Assembly: GCF_006345805.1 (NCBI RefSeq)
Contig: NC_043007.1
Coordinates: 59,520,001-59,584,000, forward strand
Reading direction: 5' to 3'
Origin: Octopus sinensis
Lineage: Eukaryota
DNA length: 64,000 nucleotides
Below the pieces are notes generated by a model. The model had not been told where the DNA came from. It saw only the letters and a list, made by a program, of their open reading frames with translations, and made no database searches. Position 1 is the stretch's first letter. Every line of letters starts with the position of its first letter. A program made the translations under genes and the position numbers. Shown in pieces: positions 1 to 12,714 of this stretch.

Positions 1-23
1 TTTTTATTAAACCCCCATTTACT

Positions 24-118
24 CTACAGGTCGGGGCAAACTCCACTTTGCGTCACCATTCTTGATAAATATTTTAACAGCAAACACACAATGTGCACCG
101 TCCAAACTATGATGGCAA
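24..118 (-). CDS. Candidate terminal coding exon of an unidentified gene (AIIVWTVHIVCLLLKYLSRMVTQSGVCPDL*)
   Basis: Minus-strand acceptor ttttattttcAG at 119-130, frame open to TAG at 24-26, and AATAAA at 3-8 about 16 nt downstream. No homology recognised; could be chance. Confidence 0.3.
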
Positions 119-310
119 CTGAAAATAAAACGATAATGCATTAGCTACACGGAGACATCTTTACCGCCCACTTAACCTCACAAGCGCCACACCAGAGGTT
201 GTGTGAAATATAGTATGCTGGAAATAATATTTGGGAAGATAATTTGCGGGACTGATGTAATTTTTCGCGATGTCGATTCCAATGAACTAGGACTTCTCAT
301 AACAGCTTAC

Positions 311-372
311 ATACGATAATGAGAAGGCAAACAATTCGAACACACGTGAGAATCAACCATTTACACGAAAAC
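311..372 (-). CDS. Candidate 62-nt internal exon (FSCKWLILTCVRIVCLLIIV)
   Basis: Acceptor tttctaacAG and donor GTAAGC. Only one frame is open, and it is phase-compatible with the 24-118 exon across a 192-nt intron. Confidence 0.3.
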
Positions 373-2366
373 CTGTTAGAAACGTCATTCTTATGTCATA
401 ATGTTTGTTGTTATGTGTTATATGTCACCTTTCATCCCTTCAGGGTCGATAGAATAAAGTGCTGGCGAAGTAGTAGGGCCATTCGTATCGACTAAACTTA
501 GTCAAAAAGTTTTTGACCGTGTACCTACATTAAGAACCATTTTCTATATCTCTAATCAAGTACTGACGTCGATTTAATCGATTTCATACTTCTTCACGAT
601 TAGTGGTCATCTATCAATGAGAGAAATCAATATATGAATCTCAAAGTATTGTCAATAATTTTATTTAATGAGATCCATTTTACTTCTTTTGTAGTTGGTA
701 TGGGGTTGAATATTTATTGAATGTTTATTGAGTATTTATTGAAAACAGATATGTTATACGAGAGACGTGGTAGCATCTAGGTTAAATGTTGATGAAACAC
801 TCTCTCCGAAACGTTGAATACTCTATTCCCACGACAATATCACTGTACTCTTGTTACTTTTTCTAAATGATAAAGTTTTGGCAACGCAGGCCATCGCCAG
901 CTTTCTGTTTTCTTAGATACTGATTTGCAAGCTTTTCTTTCTAAAGACGAAATGATTGCGAGCACTGTATAGTCGTTTCTGGCAAACTAAAACTCTTCAT
1001 AGTCAAGTTAACCGTTACTCAAGAATCAATCTGAAAATTTAGCTTGTACTAAACTAGGGTCCAACGCAAGGGAGACTTGATTTTCGTTCGCATATAGTTT
1101 CACTAAAATATGACCTGGTCATCCAAGTTAGCATTGATGAGTTCATATCAATATTCGCTAAGCAGCAGTGAGACATTGGTGGATCTCCGATGTTCGGCGA
1201 TGAGGATTCAGATTTTCAATTAACTGAATTATCTGTTCTTGAATGAACGCGCAAATGGCTGAGCATTCAACAGAAACGTGTACCCTTAATGTAATTCTCA
1301 AGTAGAATCAGCATGACATGGGGCCTGACAAGGCCGTACCTTTTGAATTACAGGTACAATCCATCTGACAGGCTTCTATACAGTTTCCGTTTACCCAATT
1401 TCACTTACAAACTACTGGTCGACTTAAAGCCAAAGAAAATGATATTGCCCCAAGATGCTACTTAATGGGATCGAACTCGGGACCAAACGGTTCCGGAGAG
1501 ACATTCTTAACTATTTGGCCACATTGCACCTACACTGGGCATTATGTCATTAACTTAATTCCTTAAATACTTTATAGTCGTTGCATTTACTGATGAACGT
1601 TTTTCCGGTAAAAGTGGTGGCTATCACAATTAAAGCTGATATTTGAAGCATCAAGATTGATACTCACAGTGAAAATTATGTACAAATGATGAAGCAATTT
1701 CACTTTAATAATAGTGAAAACTTAAAGGGAAGAAGTTTAAAGACTATGTTCTTTCTGAAGTTATTTTGTGGCGTCATCATTAGTGACTCCATTTATTGCG
1801 TGTTCAAAATGTATCCGATATAATTTCTTGTATTTCAGAATCGTTAAACCTAGAAAATAACACTTAGAGCATTCAACGTCATTTTTAAATACAACAATAA
1901 CTTCTTTCTGAGAAAATATCGGGAATTGTAAAGGGCGTGATAATGGTGATGCAAATGATAACGATAATAGTGGAGGTGGTCGGAGCGGTGATATTGTGTA
2001 GTTGGTATTAGAAATTCTACTAAGTGTTTGTACTCTGGTGACCAGTAATTCATCTAGTGACGGGCGATGTAATCGATATGAATATACAAAAAGGCATGTA
2101 TGGTGCCTCACGAAAGCTTTTTGTTCGGAGTAAGATTCCCATTAGAGAGCAAAATCGATCGAGAGTTTAACGGAAAAAAATAGGCACATTTAAAAAACAT
2201 AAAATAAAAATAACAGCTTCTAAATGAGTTGTGACATTGCTTAAATCCTCCCACCTCCCACTCTTTAATAATTTCTCAATCATATACTTCCATTAATACT
2301 ACTTGGTTGTTGTTGGGAAAAAACGTATTATTACTTTACTTCGCTCTCACGAAAACTGCTTTCGAA

Positions 2367-2370
<4 letters not shown>

Positions 2371-2453
<83 letters not shown>
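2371..2453. repeat. Compound (CT)n(AT)n microsatellite
   Basis: Directly visible. Confidence 0.97.
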
Positions 2454-2457
<4 letters not shown>

Positions 2458-2976
2458 AGTACTATAGACAGCCATAGAGGTTGAATCTATCATAGTGGAC
2501 GTCTGTCTACGATGTATTTCAGCGTAAAGTCGTAACTAATGACTCTGACCGAAAATTGGACAAAATTTTAAAATTTCATGTCTACAGTTATTAGGATGCA
2601 TCTAAAATGTTTAAAGTACAAAATAATCTGTATTCAGAGAACTGAATAACTAAACATCTCATTCATTATGTTACAATAAAATAATGCACACAATTGTGCA
2701 ACAAAGACGGTTTACTGAAGACTCACAACGTAGTGTAACTAATCGGGAAACACAACTTGAGTTTTAATACGGGAATGTGGTTTTAATAAATCTTAGCAAA
2801 GAAGTGTTTGATGATGTTTCACTCTGTTTTTATATTGTCAATATTAGTCACTAGCAGAACCCGGGAGAACTCAGTTATTTTGAAAACTTTAAGGTGGTTG
2901 GAAAATCTATGAAATACATGATCTCATATATATATTTCTTTATTCACATACATGCATATATACTGACATACATATA

Positions 2977-3280
2977 ACTAGCACTCCGTCGATTACGACG
3001 ACGAGGGTTCCAGTCGATCCAATCAACGGAACAGCCTGCTCGTGAAATTAACGTACAACTCTTTGAGCACTCCACAGACACGCGTACCCTTAACGTAGTT
3101 CTTAGGGAGATTCAGCGCGACACAGAATGTGACAAGGCTGGCCCTTCGAAATACAGGAACTTCTCATTTTTGCCAGGTGAGTAGAGACTAGAGCAACGTG
3201 AAGTAAAGTGTCTTGCTCAAGGACACAACGCATCGCTGGGAATTGAACTCACGACTTTGCGACCGTGACCCGAATATCCT
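2977..3280 (-). mobile_element. tRNA-headed SINE (family S4)
   Basis: The reverse complement of gggaattgaactcacgac...cctaa gives a B-box-like GAGTTCAATTCCC head. The body motif gagcaacgtgaa recurs at ~49748, and a diverged relative lies at ~1230-1535. Confidence 0.65.
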
Positions 3281-3365
3281 AATATACAGAAAATCGTGTA
3301 TCGAACATGCAACTAATCATTCTACTAAACACTAAAACACACTTCATAAATATTTTTATCACAAA

Positions 3366-3775
3366 GGCAACGAGCTGGCAGAAACGTTAGCACACCGGGC
3401 GAAATGCGTAGCCGTATTTCGTCTGCCGTTACATTCTGAGTTCAAATTCCGCCGAGGTCGACTTTGCCTTTCATCCTTTCGGGGTCGATAAATTAAGTAC
3501 CAGTTACGCACTGGGGTCGATATAATCGATTTACTCCCTTTATCTGTCCTTGTTTGTCCCCTCTATGTTTATTCCCTTGTGGGCAATAAAGAAATAAGAA
3601 ACGTTAGCACGCCGGGCGAAATGCTTAATTCTGAGTTCAAATTCCGCCGAGGTCGACTTTGCTTTTCATGCTTTCGGGGACGAGAAATTAAATACCAGTT
3701 GCGTACTGGGGTCAATCTAATCGACTGGCCCCTTCCCCCAAAATTTCGGGCCTTGTGCCTAGAGTAGAAAAGAAA
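3366..3775 (+). mobile_element. SINE family S1, head-to-tail dimer
   Basis: Core ttctgagttcaaattccgccgaggtcgactttgcctttcatcctttcggggtcgat occurs twice here and more than 12 times in the window; B-box-like GAGTTCAAATTCC. Confidence 0.9.
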
Positions 3776-3794
3776 ATTTTGATCACATACACAC

Positions 3795-3831
<37 letters not shown>

Positions 3832-4129
3832 TTATTTAATCCCTGCTCTTTAGACTTCTCTGTCTTAAACTCCTCCTTCTCGCACCTTTTCTCCTGTCTT
3901 TGCCCCGATTTCTGTTCCTCACCTCCAATCTCATTATGAGACCGTGCTAGCTTTATTCCTCTTTCTCTTTTGACTCCTTCTCTCTAATATTTCAGTATAA
4001 ACATCATCACCACTGCCACCACCACCGATTACTATTACCATCTCTTATTTTCTTTAGCTTTTAGTCTCTCTCTCCCTCTCCTTTACTCTCTTTGTAGTTA
4101 TATACCACTAGTTACAATGTACTTCCAGT

Positions 4130-5082
4130 TCTTTCTTGATTGCGCCCTTTTTTTTTCCATCTTGGCTCAAATTGTTTTACTGCATCGTCTTCCCATCACC
4201 GTGGAGGACTTGGGAGTGGCCTTTTCCGATGTCTTAAATATCCGTCAGTCACTGTTCGGGTCTGCCTTGTTATCCGTAAACCTTGTGACATGTCCGGCTC
4301 AGCAGAACTTGGGCTTTCGGTATTATGAAACCACGTCGTTCCGTTCATGAATTATGCTTTCGTAATGATATTCCTAGCATGGAAATTTCCATGGTCCTTT
4401 GCATCATAGCCAGTTGATATTCTTCCCCTTTCATAGCAACCTACATCTCACTTGGGTATAAGATCGCATGTGGGACGATGCCATTGACGAGATGGTACGT
4501 AAGGTCTTGTTCAGCTTTGCTTTGAGCACATCCTTTATCAAGGTAAACGCCCCCGCCCATCCTGCCCTTATTCTCTTCGAGATTTCAGCGTCCCTGTCTC
4601 GGCGCATATTTACTGTGTGTCCTAAACAGGCGTACTCCTTTACCTCCTCAATTTCCTCGCTTCCCATTTCTATTTGGCTTTGCGCTACCCTTTCGGATGC
4701 AAATATTTACTTTTTCATGCGATTCATGTTAAGGCCTATTCAGTACGGTCTGCGGCTGATCTGTGATTTCGACCATAAATAAGACATCATCTGCGAATCG
4801 GATGATGTTTACGACATTTTCTTGTTAATGTCTCTGATGGCCATTTCTAGACATGCAGTGAAGATCTTTGGAGAGACGGCAGCACTTTGTTTCACGCTCC
4901 TTTCAGTCGGAAGAGCTATATCGAGAGTGCATCCGGAATCCGCGTTCCTGAGCCGTCTGTTGTATTCCATCTTGATTCTTTGCATTTCCAGAATTCAGCA
5001 CTGCGTTCATCTTGTCACAATCGAAAGCCTTTCCGTAGTCGACAAAAGTGATCCACAAAGGTAGCTTGTATTCTTTCTCTCG
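4130..5082 (-). pseudogene. Degenerate RTE-clade LINE reverse transcriptase fragment
   Basis: Minus-strand translation gives REKEYKLPLWITFVDYGKAFD, SPKIFTACLE and EEVKEYACLGHTVN...EISKRIRAGWAGAF; multiple stops and frameshifts. Confidence 0.85.
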
Positions 5083-5341
5083 TTCTATGTATGTATGTAT
5101 GTATGTACTTCTGTCCCTCTCTCCTTCTCTGTCATAAGTCTAGTTCTATTTATATTTTAATTGACAAAAGGTGATACAGTGAAATATTTTATGTTTTGAA
5201 TACCACACCTAAGCAATAATTTCTTAATACGAATTCTGACATCAACCGCAGACACCTACTGTCCAATTCATATTAACTAACACCAAAGACACATCAAAGG
5301 TTGTAGTAGTTGTCAAAGCCTATTGCGTCGTTTCGTTCCGA

Positions 5342-5385
<44 letters not shown>

Positions 5386-5469
5386 GTATATACATACTTA
5401 CATGCATTACGTAGGTATGCAATCCTCGACTCTAGCTCCCTCGGAGTATATCAGTTTTGTACCTTTGAT

Positions 5470-5571
<102 letters not shown>

Positions 5572-6369
5572 GTGTGTATGTATGTATAAACACATATGAA
5601 TATATTATGATATAATATATTCAGATACTTTTAGCATTTTTATGCTTTTACCTGTCAAAAGGCAAACATTTTTTGCCGCTTCCTTTCATACAACCTGGTC
5701 CATACAACTAAATTCGGATATGTTAGTGGACATTCTACGAATCTGCTTTACCCTTTATATAAGGTGCCACCCCAAGGCGCCACCACTCGTATGTGATAGC
5801 CAATCATAGGTCATTTAGTATACAAAGAAATAATGTGCAATTGAATTTTTGTCACAAATCTTTCAGAATACTTCATTGTAATATTAAACCATCAAAATGT
5901 GCTTTTGCTTATGAAAGAAAGCTTTTATATGCGTATGCGTGTGCACGTCTCTATATGCATATATGTATTTCTTTCTGTAACGTTCATCATCATTTTCTGA
6001 AAGACGTTAAAAAAATCCATACTGATATGTTTTCTCTTTGTTCTATTGGCTTATCTCTTTTTCATTCTATTAACCCAATCAATATTTTTGATATTGATTT
6101 CTTCCTGCGAGGTACGAAATAACTGAGTTCGATAATTGCATTATAAAAAGGATTCGATCAAAGAAGCGAGATTGGATTTCGTTTAAGCCCACTTTTAAAA
6201 GTACAACAGCAACACACAAATACCCTTCGTCAGCACGCACCTGGAACATTCCCATTTAGTGAAGTTTGCAGTTAATACAAATTTGGTTATCGCAGTTTTC
6301 CGACTCTAGCAACGCTTTCTTTCACCTTTCTCCAACTAACCTACCAACATAACTTTATCTTTTCTTATG

Positions 6370-6388
6370 AGAGAGTGAGAGAGAGAGA

Positions 6389-6479
<91 letters not shown>
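6370..6479. repeat. (AG)n microsatellite
   Basis: Directly visible. Confidence 0.97.
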
Positions 6480-6480
<1 letters not shown>

Positions 6481-7384
6481 CCATTGGTAATTCAATTGCT
6501 GATTCAGATTGAATTAAAATGCCTACTGGTGACCTCGTTAATGTGGTTATATTTGTTGTAGACGTTTTCAGAAAGAGTAGAAGAAAATGTTAAAGCAATA
6601 TCAATTAGATATGTAATTAATACAATGCTAGATTTGGGAGAAAACAAATATACTCGTGACGATATCTGAGGTTGGTAATGTTGTTAATTACGTTCATATA
6701 ATCTTCAACGCAAGACAGACGGTTACAGACAAATCAATTTGACTTCAACATGCTTTATCAATTACTTGTGACTTTTATTTAGTGTAATATATGGAGTGTT
6801 GAATTTGCAGAAATAATGGGAGAGCGGATTTGAACTATTCGATTTTGGCCCTCAAAGTTGTAAGTTCTAATCCTTTAGAGGTATATGTTGCATTTAATTT
6901 ATTCGGGATCAATAAAATAAATCCCAATCAAGTCGTCAAGTTATGGGATCAATGCAAGTGACTTTGAGCTTATGCATTAAGACTGACAGCCAAATTCATA
7001 GTTTACGGTCAAATCCTTCTTTTAAAATTCAAATTTCAGAACATGCTTGAATCAGGTGAATATTTGGAAGATTGAATTTTGACAAGATACATGGATGATG
7101 CTGTCTTCTTCTTCCAATCAGGACTCTCGCCATTAGCCACAAAGAATAATCTCTAATTCGAGCCTACTCTAAGCTACTAAGAATGCGTGTGCAACTTGAA
7201 GATCCACTCTCCACACGCGATAGACGGGCGCGAAAGCTACGTCGTTATCCTCATTCCGTAAACGGTGGCTTTTAACGGGTGGAGAGCTGAACCATCCTGG
7301 GGTACAGAGAATTCGCAATCTAGACAAGGGTCTGAAAGTTTTACCACACCATAGAGGGTCACACCATGGTTCCGCTGCTTTGTG

Positions 7385-7570
7385 GCTGGTAGAAAGAGTG
7401 AGAGAAAGTTGTGATGAAAGAATACAGCGGGGTTCACCCCTCCCCCACCGGAGCCTCGTGGAGCTTAGGTGTTTTTGCTCAATAAACACTCACAATGCCC
7501 GGTCTGGGAATCGAAACCGTGTTCTTACGACCGCAAGCTGCCCTAACTACTGGGCCATTGCGCCTCCACG
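7385..7570 (-). mobile_element. tRNA-headed SINE (family S3)
   Basis: Head GGAGGCGCAATGGCCCAGTAGTTAGGGC...GGTTTCGATTCCC (A/B boxes). The body aaacacctaagctccacg-ggctccgg is shared with 45560-45803. Confidence 0.75.
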
Positions 7571-7942
7571 GATGATGCTGTGGCGGCCCAGATCAGCTTC
7601 AATCTATTAGGTCTTCAATTAAGAACGTTCGAAATGTAATCACGCCCTTTTTTTTTAACCAATATATTCTTTAAATTTGTTCTTCCTTTTTTAAGACGGT
7701 AAGGTGACGTTTGAGGGAGATTTTGTTAATATTTCTAGAGTGAAATGGTTACGTAGTAGATAGATAGTTTGCTGTCACAACCACTAAGAAGATAAAGTGT
7801 CACTTAGGGCTCTACCTCCATGTAGTAATTATAGGAGGTATGTTTGAGAGATTCCTTTTCATTGATTTCAATTGAATATTACAGCTAATGAAACACGCGT
7901 CAGTTATACAATGCTTTCAATGTTTGAGCCTTTCGATCTTAC

Positions 7943-8006
7943 CTTTTACAACTGATTAGAGGTAGGCAGCTAAATACAAGGAGGCACCTTAAGGAGAAAA
8001 ACTTCG
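7943..8006 (-). CDS. Candidate 64-nt internal exon (KFFSLRCLLVFSCLPLISCK)
   Basis: Acceptor gttatctttAG and donor AAAG|GTAAGA; single open frame; phase-compatible with 311-372. Speculative. Confidence 0.2.
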
Positions 8007-8084
8007 CTAAAGATAACACTGTTTTTATTATAATTTTAGTAGTTTGTCTATTTTTGCGTCCTCTTCCATCTTTGACCATTTCCA

Positions 8085-9140
8085 TGAATATTTATTCCTC
8101 TTCTACCACTTCTTATTTTTGTTTTATGTTTTATGTCGGTCATTTCCTGCTCTACCTCCACCCTACATTCCCCGTCCTCCTCCTCCCTTCAACCTTCTCT
8201 CATCCTTCTTTTCCTTTTCTTCTCTTATTCCTCTTCATCCATTCTTCCACCTTTCTTGTTCCTCTTACACCCTTTCTCCTCCTCCTCCTCTCCCCTCAAC
8301 CTTCTCTCATCTTTCTCCCTTCCTTTCCCTATTTTCCTTTTCTTCCCTTGTTCCTCTTCGTCCATTCTTCCTTTTTTGTCCCTCCTTCCCATTCTTCTCC
8401 CCTCCACCTCTCCTCCTCCTCTTCCTCCTCCTCACCTATCTTTTTCCCATTCCTTATCTTTTCCTCCTTCCCTCATACTTCTCGTTTCCTCCTCCCTCCC
8501 TCCCTTCCTTCCTTCACCTCCCATCTCATTTTTTTCTTTCTCCTTCTTCCCCCTCCTCCTCCATCCCTACCTCCCTCCTCCTCCCCTTTTCTCTTCATCT
8601 TCGCTTCCTCCTCCCATTTCTTCCTTTTCCCTTCCCTCTCTTCTTTTCTCCTCCTCATATTTCTCCTCCCATCCATTCTTCTCCCCTTCACCTCTTATCT
8701 TTTCTTCCACTCATACTCTTCCCTTCACTTCCTTTCTTTTCTTCGTCTATCTTAATTGCCCACTTCCACTTTTCTTCCTTTCTAGCTTCCTCCTCTTCCT
8801 CCTCCGCTTCCGCTTCCTCCTCCTCCCTCCGCTTCCTCCTCCTACCTCTGCTTCTTCCCTCCACTTCCTCCTCCTCCTCCTCTTCCCTCTCCTCTTCCAC
8901 ATCCTCCCCTTCCCTGTCCTCTTCCTCTTCCTCATCCTCCTCTGCCACACTCCCCTCTTCCCCCTTCCTCTTCCCCCTTCCTCTTCCTCATCCTCCTCTT
9001 CTCCCTTCCTCTTCCTCATCCCCCTCTTCCACACACCCCTCTTCCCCTTCCTCTTTCTCTCCCCTCCCCTTCCTCCCCACCATCCTCTACCTCCTCCTCG
9101 TCCTCATCCCCCTCTTCCTCCCCCTCCCCCTCTCCTGTTC
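8085..9140 (+). repeat. ~1-kb polypyrimidine/polypurine low-complexity tract with degenerate internal repeats
   Basis: Almost pure C/T on the + strand; recurring units such as tcaaccttctctcatc and ttcctcttcctcatcc. Confidence 0.95.
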
Positions 9141-9349
9141 TGTTAATTAGTCGTTTATGTTTGATCTGACACTTGGACGTATATTTATCACGTTGAATTA
9201 TCGTTGCTTCACTGATCAGCGAAAACGAGGCTTTACATGAAAAATTAATGGAAACTTTCACCATCGGCAGATACTATTGTGCGTCTTTGTAATACATTTC
9301 ATACTTTGTTTCATGCATATGTTTATTCAGGTGCGCGCGCACGTGCAAG

Positions 9350-9410
9350 TATATATATGGATAAGAATATCTGCACGTATTCATTAGTAATTGTATGTAA
9401 TTTATACATG

Positions 9411-9441
<31 letters not shown>

Positions 9442-9468
9442 CTAAATATATAGATATGTATATATTTG

Positions 9469-9533
<65 letters not shown>

Positions 9534-9756
9534 GAATATATGTATATATATATGTCTATATGTAAAGATATATGTATATGTATATATATATGCATATATA
9601 CATATGTATGTATGTATATATATATATATATATGTACATGAATATATATATGCATATATATGTGTATATATATGCATTTATGTATATATGTATATATATG
9701 TATATTTTTATGCATGTATATATGTATATATATATGTATATATGTATATATGTATA
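9350..9756. repeat. Degenerate (TA)n/(TATG)n microsatellite flanking the LINE 3' end
   Basis: Directly visible. Confidence 0.95.
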
Positions 9757-9843
9757 TAACTTAGAATAACTTAGAAAGGTTTTGGCCAGTATTGGCCCAG
9801 GCCATGTCTAACTTAATAGCACCACCTGGCGAAGTCTTTCAAT

Positions 9844-12714
9844 TCAGGATTTGAGCACCAAGGCCCATTCGAGCAGAGAGTTATTGTTTGCGGAGACATA
9901 TCCGGGTGTGGGTGGTTTGTCCGAGACTGTTTGAAGGAATTTGTCCAAAGACCTCTTGAATTTTGTGTGGTCAGTTTCTTTTTTGACGTGTCCTGGTGTA
10001 ATGTTGAAGAGAGCGGGTCCAATTGAGGTGAAATAGTTGTGCCGTATTGTCGTTATGTGATGCGATTTAGATTTTTGTTGTGGACGGATGGCACATGGTC
10101 CAAGCCTTGGATGTATTTTGAAGGTGATGCCAACATCATTCGGACAGTGCTGATGGAATATTTTCCACATCATACAGATAATGTAGCGTTCACGGCGTCG
10201 TTGGAGTGAATACAGTTTCAGCTTCTCTAGTCTACCCCAGTAGTCAAGGTCTGACATGCCATCTATCTTTTTTGTGATTGACCTTTGGGGAGCTTCAATT
10301 CTCATAATATTTTGTTTTGTGTAGGGAGACCACAGTGGACAGCAGTATTCAAGGTGGGGTCGGGCAAAAGTGAGAATCTAGGAACACATTCTGCGGGCCA
10401 TGTCAACTTTGCTGCTTATATGTGTAGCCCAGCTTATGTTGTTGTCCACTGTTACTCCCAAGTCTCTGATGTTGTTGGATGCCATGAGAATTTCTCCAGA
10501 AGGAAGAGAGTATGGGAGTTTCAGAGCGTCCTCCCTTCCAAAGTGGATCAGTTCGAATTTGTCTTCATTTAGCAACATGTTATTCTTTTCCGCCCATTGG
10601 ACAACAGCCAGTAGGTCTGACTGAAGGCTTATTCGGTCATCCACGAAAGAGAAGTGGGCCCAACACAGTGCCTTGTGGGACACCACTGCTGACTTTGGCT
10701 GGGCTGGACTTGACTCCTTCGACTACAACATGTTGGGTTCTGTTAGACAGGAAGCACTTGATCCACCACAGCAGCTTTCCAGTGACACCAATATTGGACA
10801 GCTTTCTCAGAAGGATCTTATGATCAACCCTGTCAAAGGCCTTGCTGAAATCAAGGTAGATGACATCAATGTTGGAACCCTCTCCCAAGGCTCTCAAAAT
10901 GTCATCAAAATGATGCAGTAGCTGCGTCAGGCAATCTCTCTCATTACGGAATCCATGCTGGTTGGAGTTCAGCATATTATGACTCCCAAGGAAGTGAGTC
11001 ATACGCGATCTCAGCACTCTCTCAAATACCTTAATGACATGAGAGGTGAGTGAGATTGGACGGTAATTCACGGCAAGCGATTTGTTTCCTTTTTTGAAAA
11101 CTGGGACAACAGACTGGGATAGAAGGTCTTCTGGTATATATCCAGCATCCAGTGAGTTCCGCCACAGATTGGCTAGAGGGGGTGCAAGTTGGTTTTGACA
11201 CATCTTCAAGACACAAGCAGGGAACCTATCGGGACCTACTGCTGAATTATGCCTCATTTCCTTTATTGCTGCTAAGACATCAGGAGCGCCAAAGGTTATG
11301 TCCGATAAAGTGTATTGGGGAGTAACATCACTGATACAGCCCAGATCAGTCATATCAGGATTGCTGAAAACAGAGCAATATTGTTTCTGCAATATCTCTC
11401 CCATGGTTTTGGCATTGTCTTGAAGAATACCATTTTCATCAATCAGAGGGCCAACAGTAGAACCAGTGACTCTGTGTTTTTTTGCAAATGAAAAGAACAC
11501 TTTGGGATTGAGTTTGATCTTCTCAATGGCCCAGGCCTCTTCAACTCTTCGCTGACTATTGATGATAGACATCATGTTGTTTTGGAGTTTATGTTTTTTA
11601 ATCTCTAGCGACGAGATGGCAGTCAGGTTGGTGTGTTGCTGTTGACAGCATTTCAGCTTGTTGATTTTTTTGTTAATTCTTTTAATTTTCCTGATGAGAG
11701 ATTTTCTATTTCTAGGGATTCGACACTTAGATTGTTTGCAGATCTTAAGGTGTGTTTTGCACATATGTTCGTAATGGTGTCTACAAATGACTGCCAGGAC
11801 TTTTTGATGTTAGTGGATGTGTATGTGTGCGTGAAGGACCAATCGACTTGTGCAAGATCATTATTGATCGCTTCCCAGTTTGCATTGTGGAAATCCATAG
11901 TGTCAAATGGATGAACAGGAGGGATGACATTTGTTTTGCATTTTGGCCAGTGAAATCTCAGATCACAGAGAACCATGTCATGATCGGAGAGAGTAGGGTT
12001 TTCTCACTGCAATATTGTGGATAGTATCAGTGTGATTGCTGAAAATTAAGTCTAAGACGTTTTTATGACCTCTCGTTGGTTCGAGTACCAGTTGGGACAG
12101 GAAGAAATCATTCATGAAGTCAAGAAGCGATTCCACTGCCTCCCTGTCAGGGGTTGAGAGAGAAGAACCTGGCGACAGACTGTTTGTAGACCAGTCAACC
12201 CCGGGAAGGTTGAAGTCTCCCATCATTAAAATGTTGCCAGGTTGACACTGCTGAATGAAACACTTTATGCTGTTGAGGCATTCCTTGAAGCATGGTAGGG
12301 GCGTTTGGGGTGGTCTGTAGAGCCCAACTACTGTTAAGTTGTTGGCTTGACTGAATACAGCGACTGCTTCGCAGTATCCATTGGAAAATATGTTCATGGC
12401 TTCTGTTGAGAATGAATCATGAACAAAAGGCAGTCCCACCCTTTCTCTGCCCAGCACGATCAGCACGAATGGTTTTGAAATTTTTAACTTTCACCTCGGC
12501 TTCCAAGTGAAGGTTACTAAGATGGGTTTCAGTGAGGACGAAGAAAGGGATGTGGTTGGATGGGCCTCGACCCAGTCCTCCAGGAATCTTATCTTCATTT
12601 TTGTGTATTAGTGGAAGGGCTGATGCCTTGGGCATTAAGCAAAAATGTTGAGGCGAGAGTGGATGGTTTTAATTGTTTTGGTGATTTGTTTATTTGATTG
12701 CTTTTTAATGGCAT
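9844..12714 (-). pseudogene. LINE ORF2 (APE endonuclease + reverse transcriptase), disrupted
   Basis: Supplied ORFs 12417-12635, 11978-12466, 11653-11976, 10637-11764, 10378-10686 and 9844-10305 are colinear pieces of one ORF2. About five frameshifts, a W-to-stop change at 10378-10380 and deletions near 10640 and 10370. Confidence 0.92.

Noticed and set aside
789-820. Hammerhead-like TTGATGA...GAAACGTT
   Set aside because: C3 is mutated and no convincing stem I or II; at most a decayed PLE remnant.
1670-1850. Minus-strand segment with acceptor ttattttctAG and donor GTGAGT (end of ORF 1761-2111)
   Set aside because: Stops in all three frames between these sites; no recognisable protein; could only be non-coding or terminal.
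2849-2880. Helitron-like 3' end (cccgggttctgCTAGt on the minus strand)
   Set aside because: No matching 5' TC end or body could be identified.
7020-7160. RYMDD motif at 7085-7099 resembling a PLE RT active site
   Set aside because: Surrounding similarity is too weak to call by eye.
8044-9264. Long overlapping ORFs (368, 337 and 233 aa) rich in P/S/F/L, and E/R/G-rich ORFs on the minus strand
   Set aside because: All frames are open because the tract is nearly pure pyrimidine; these are compositional artefacts.
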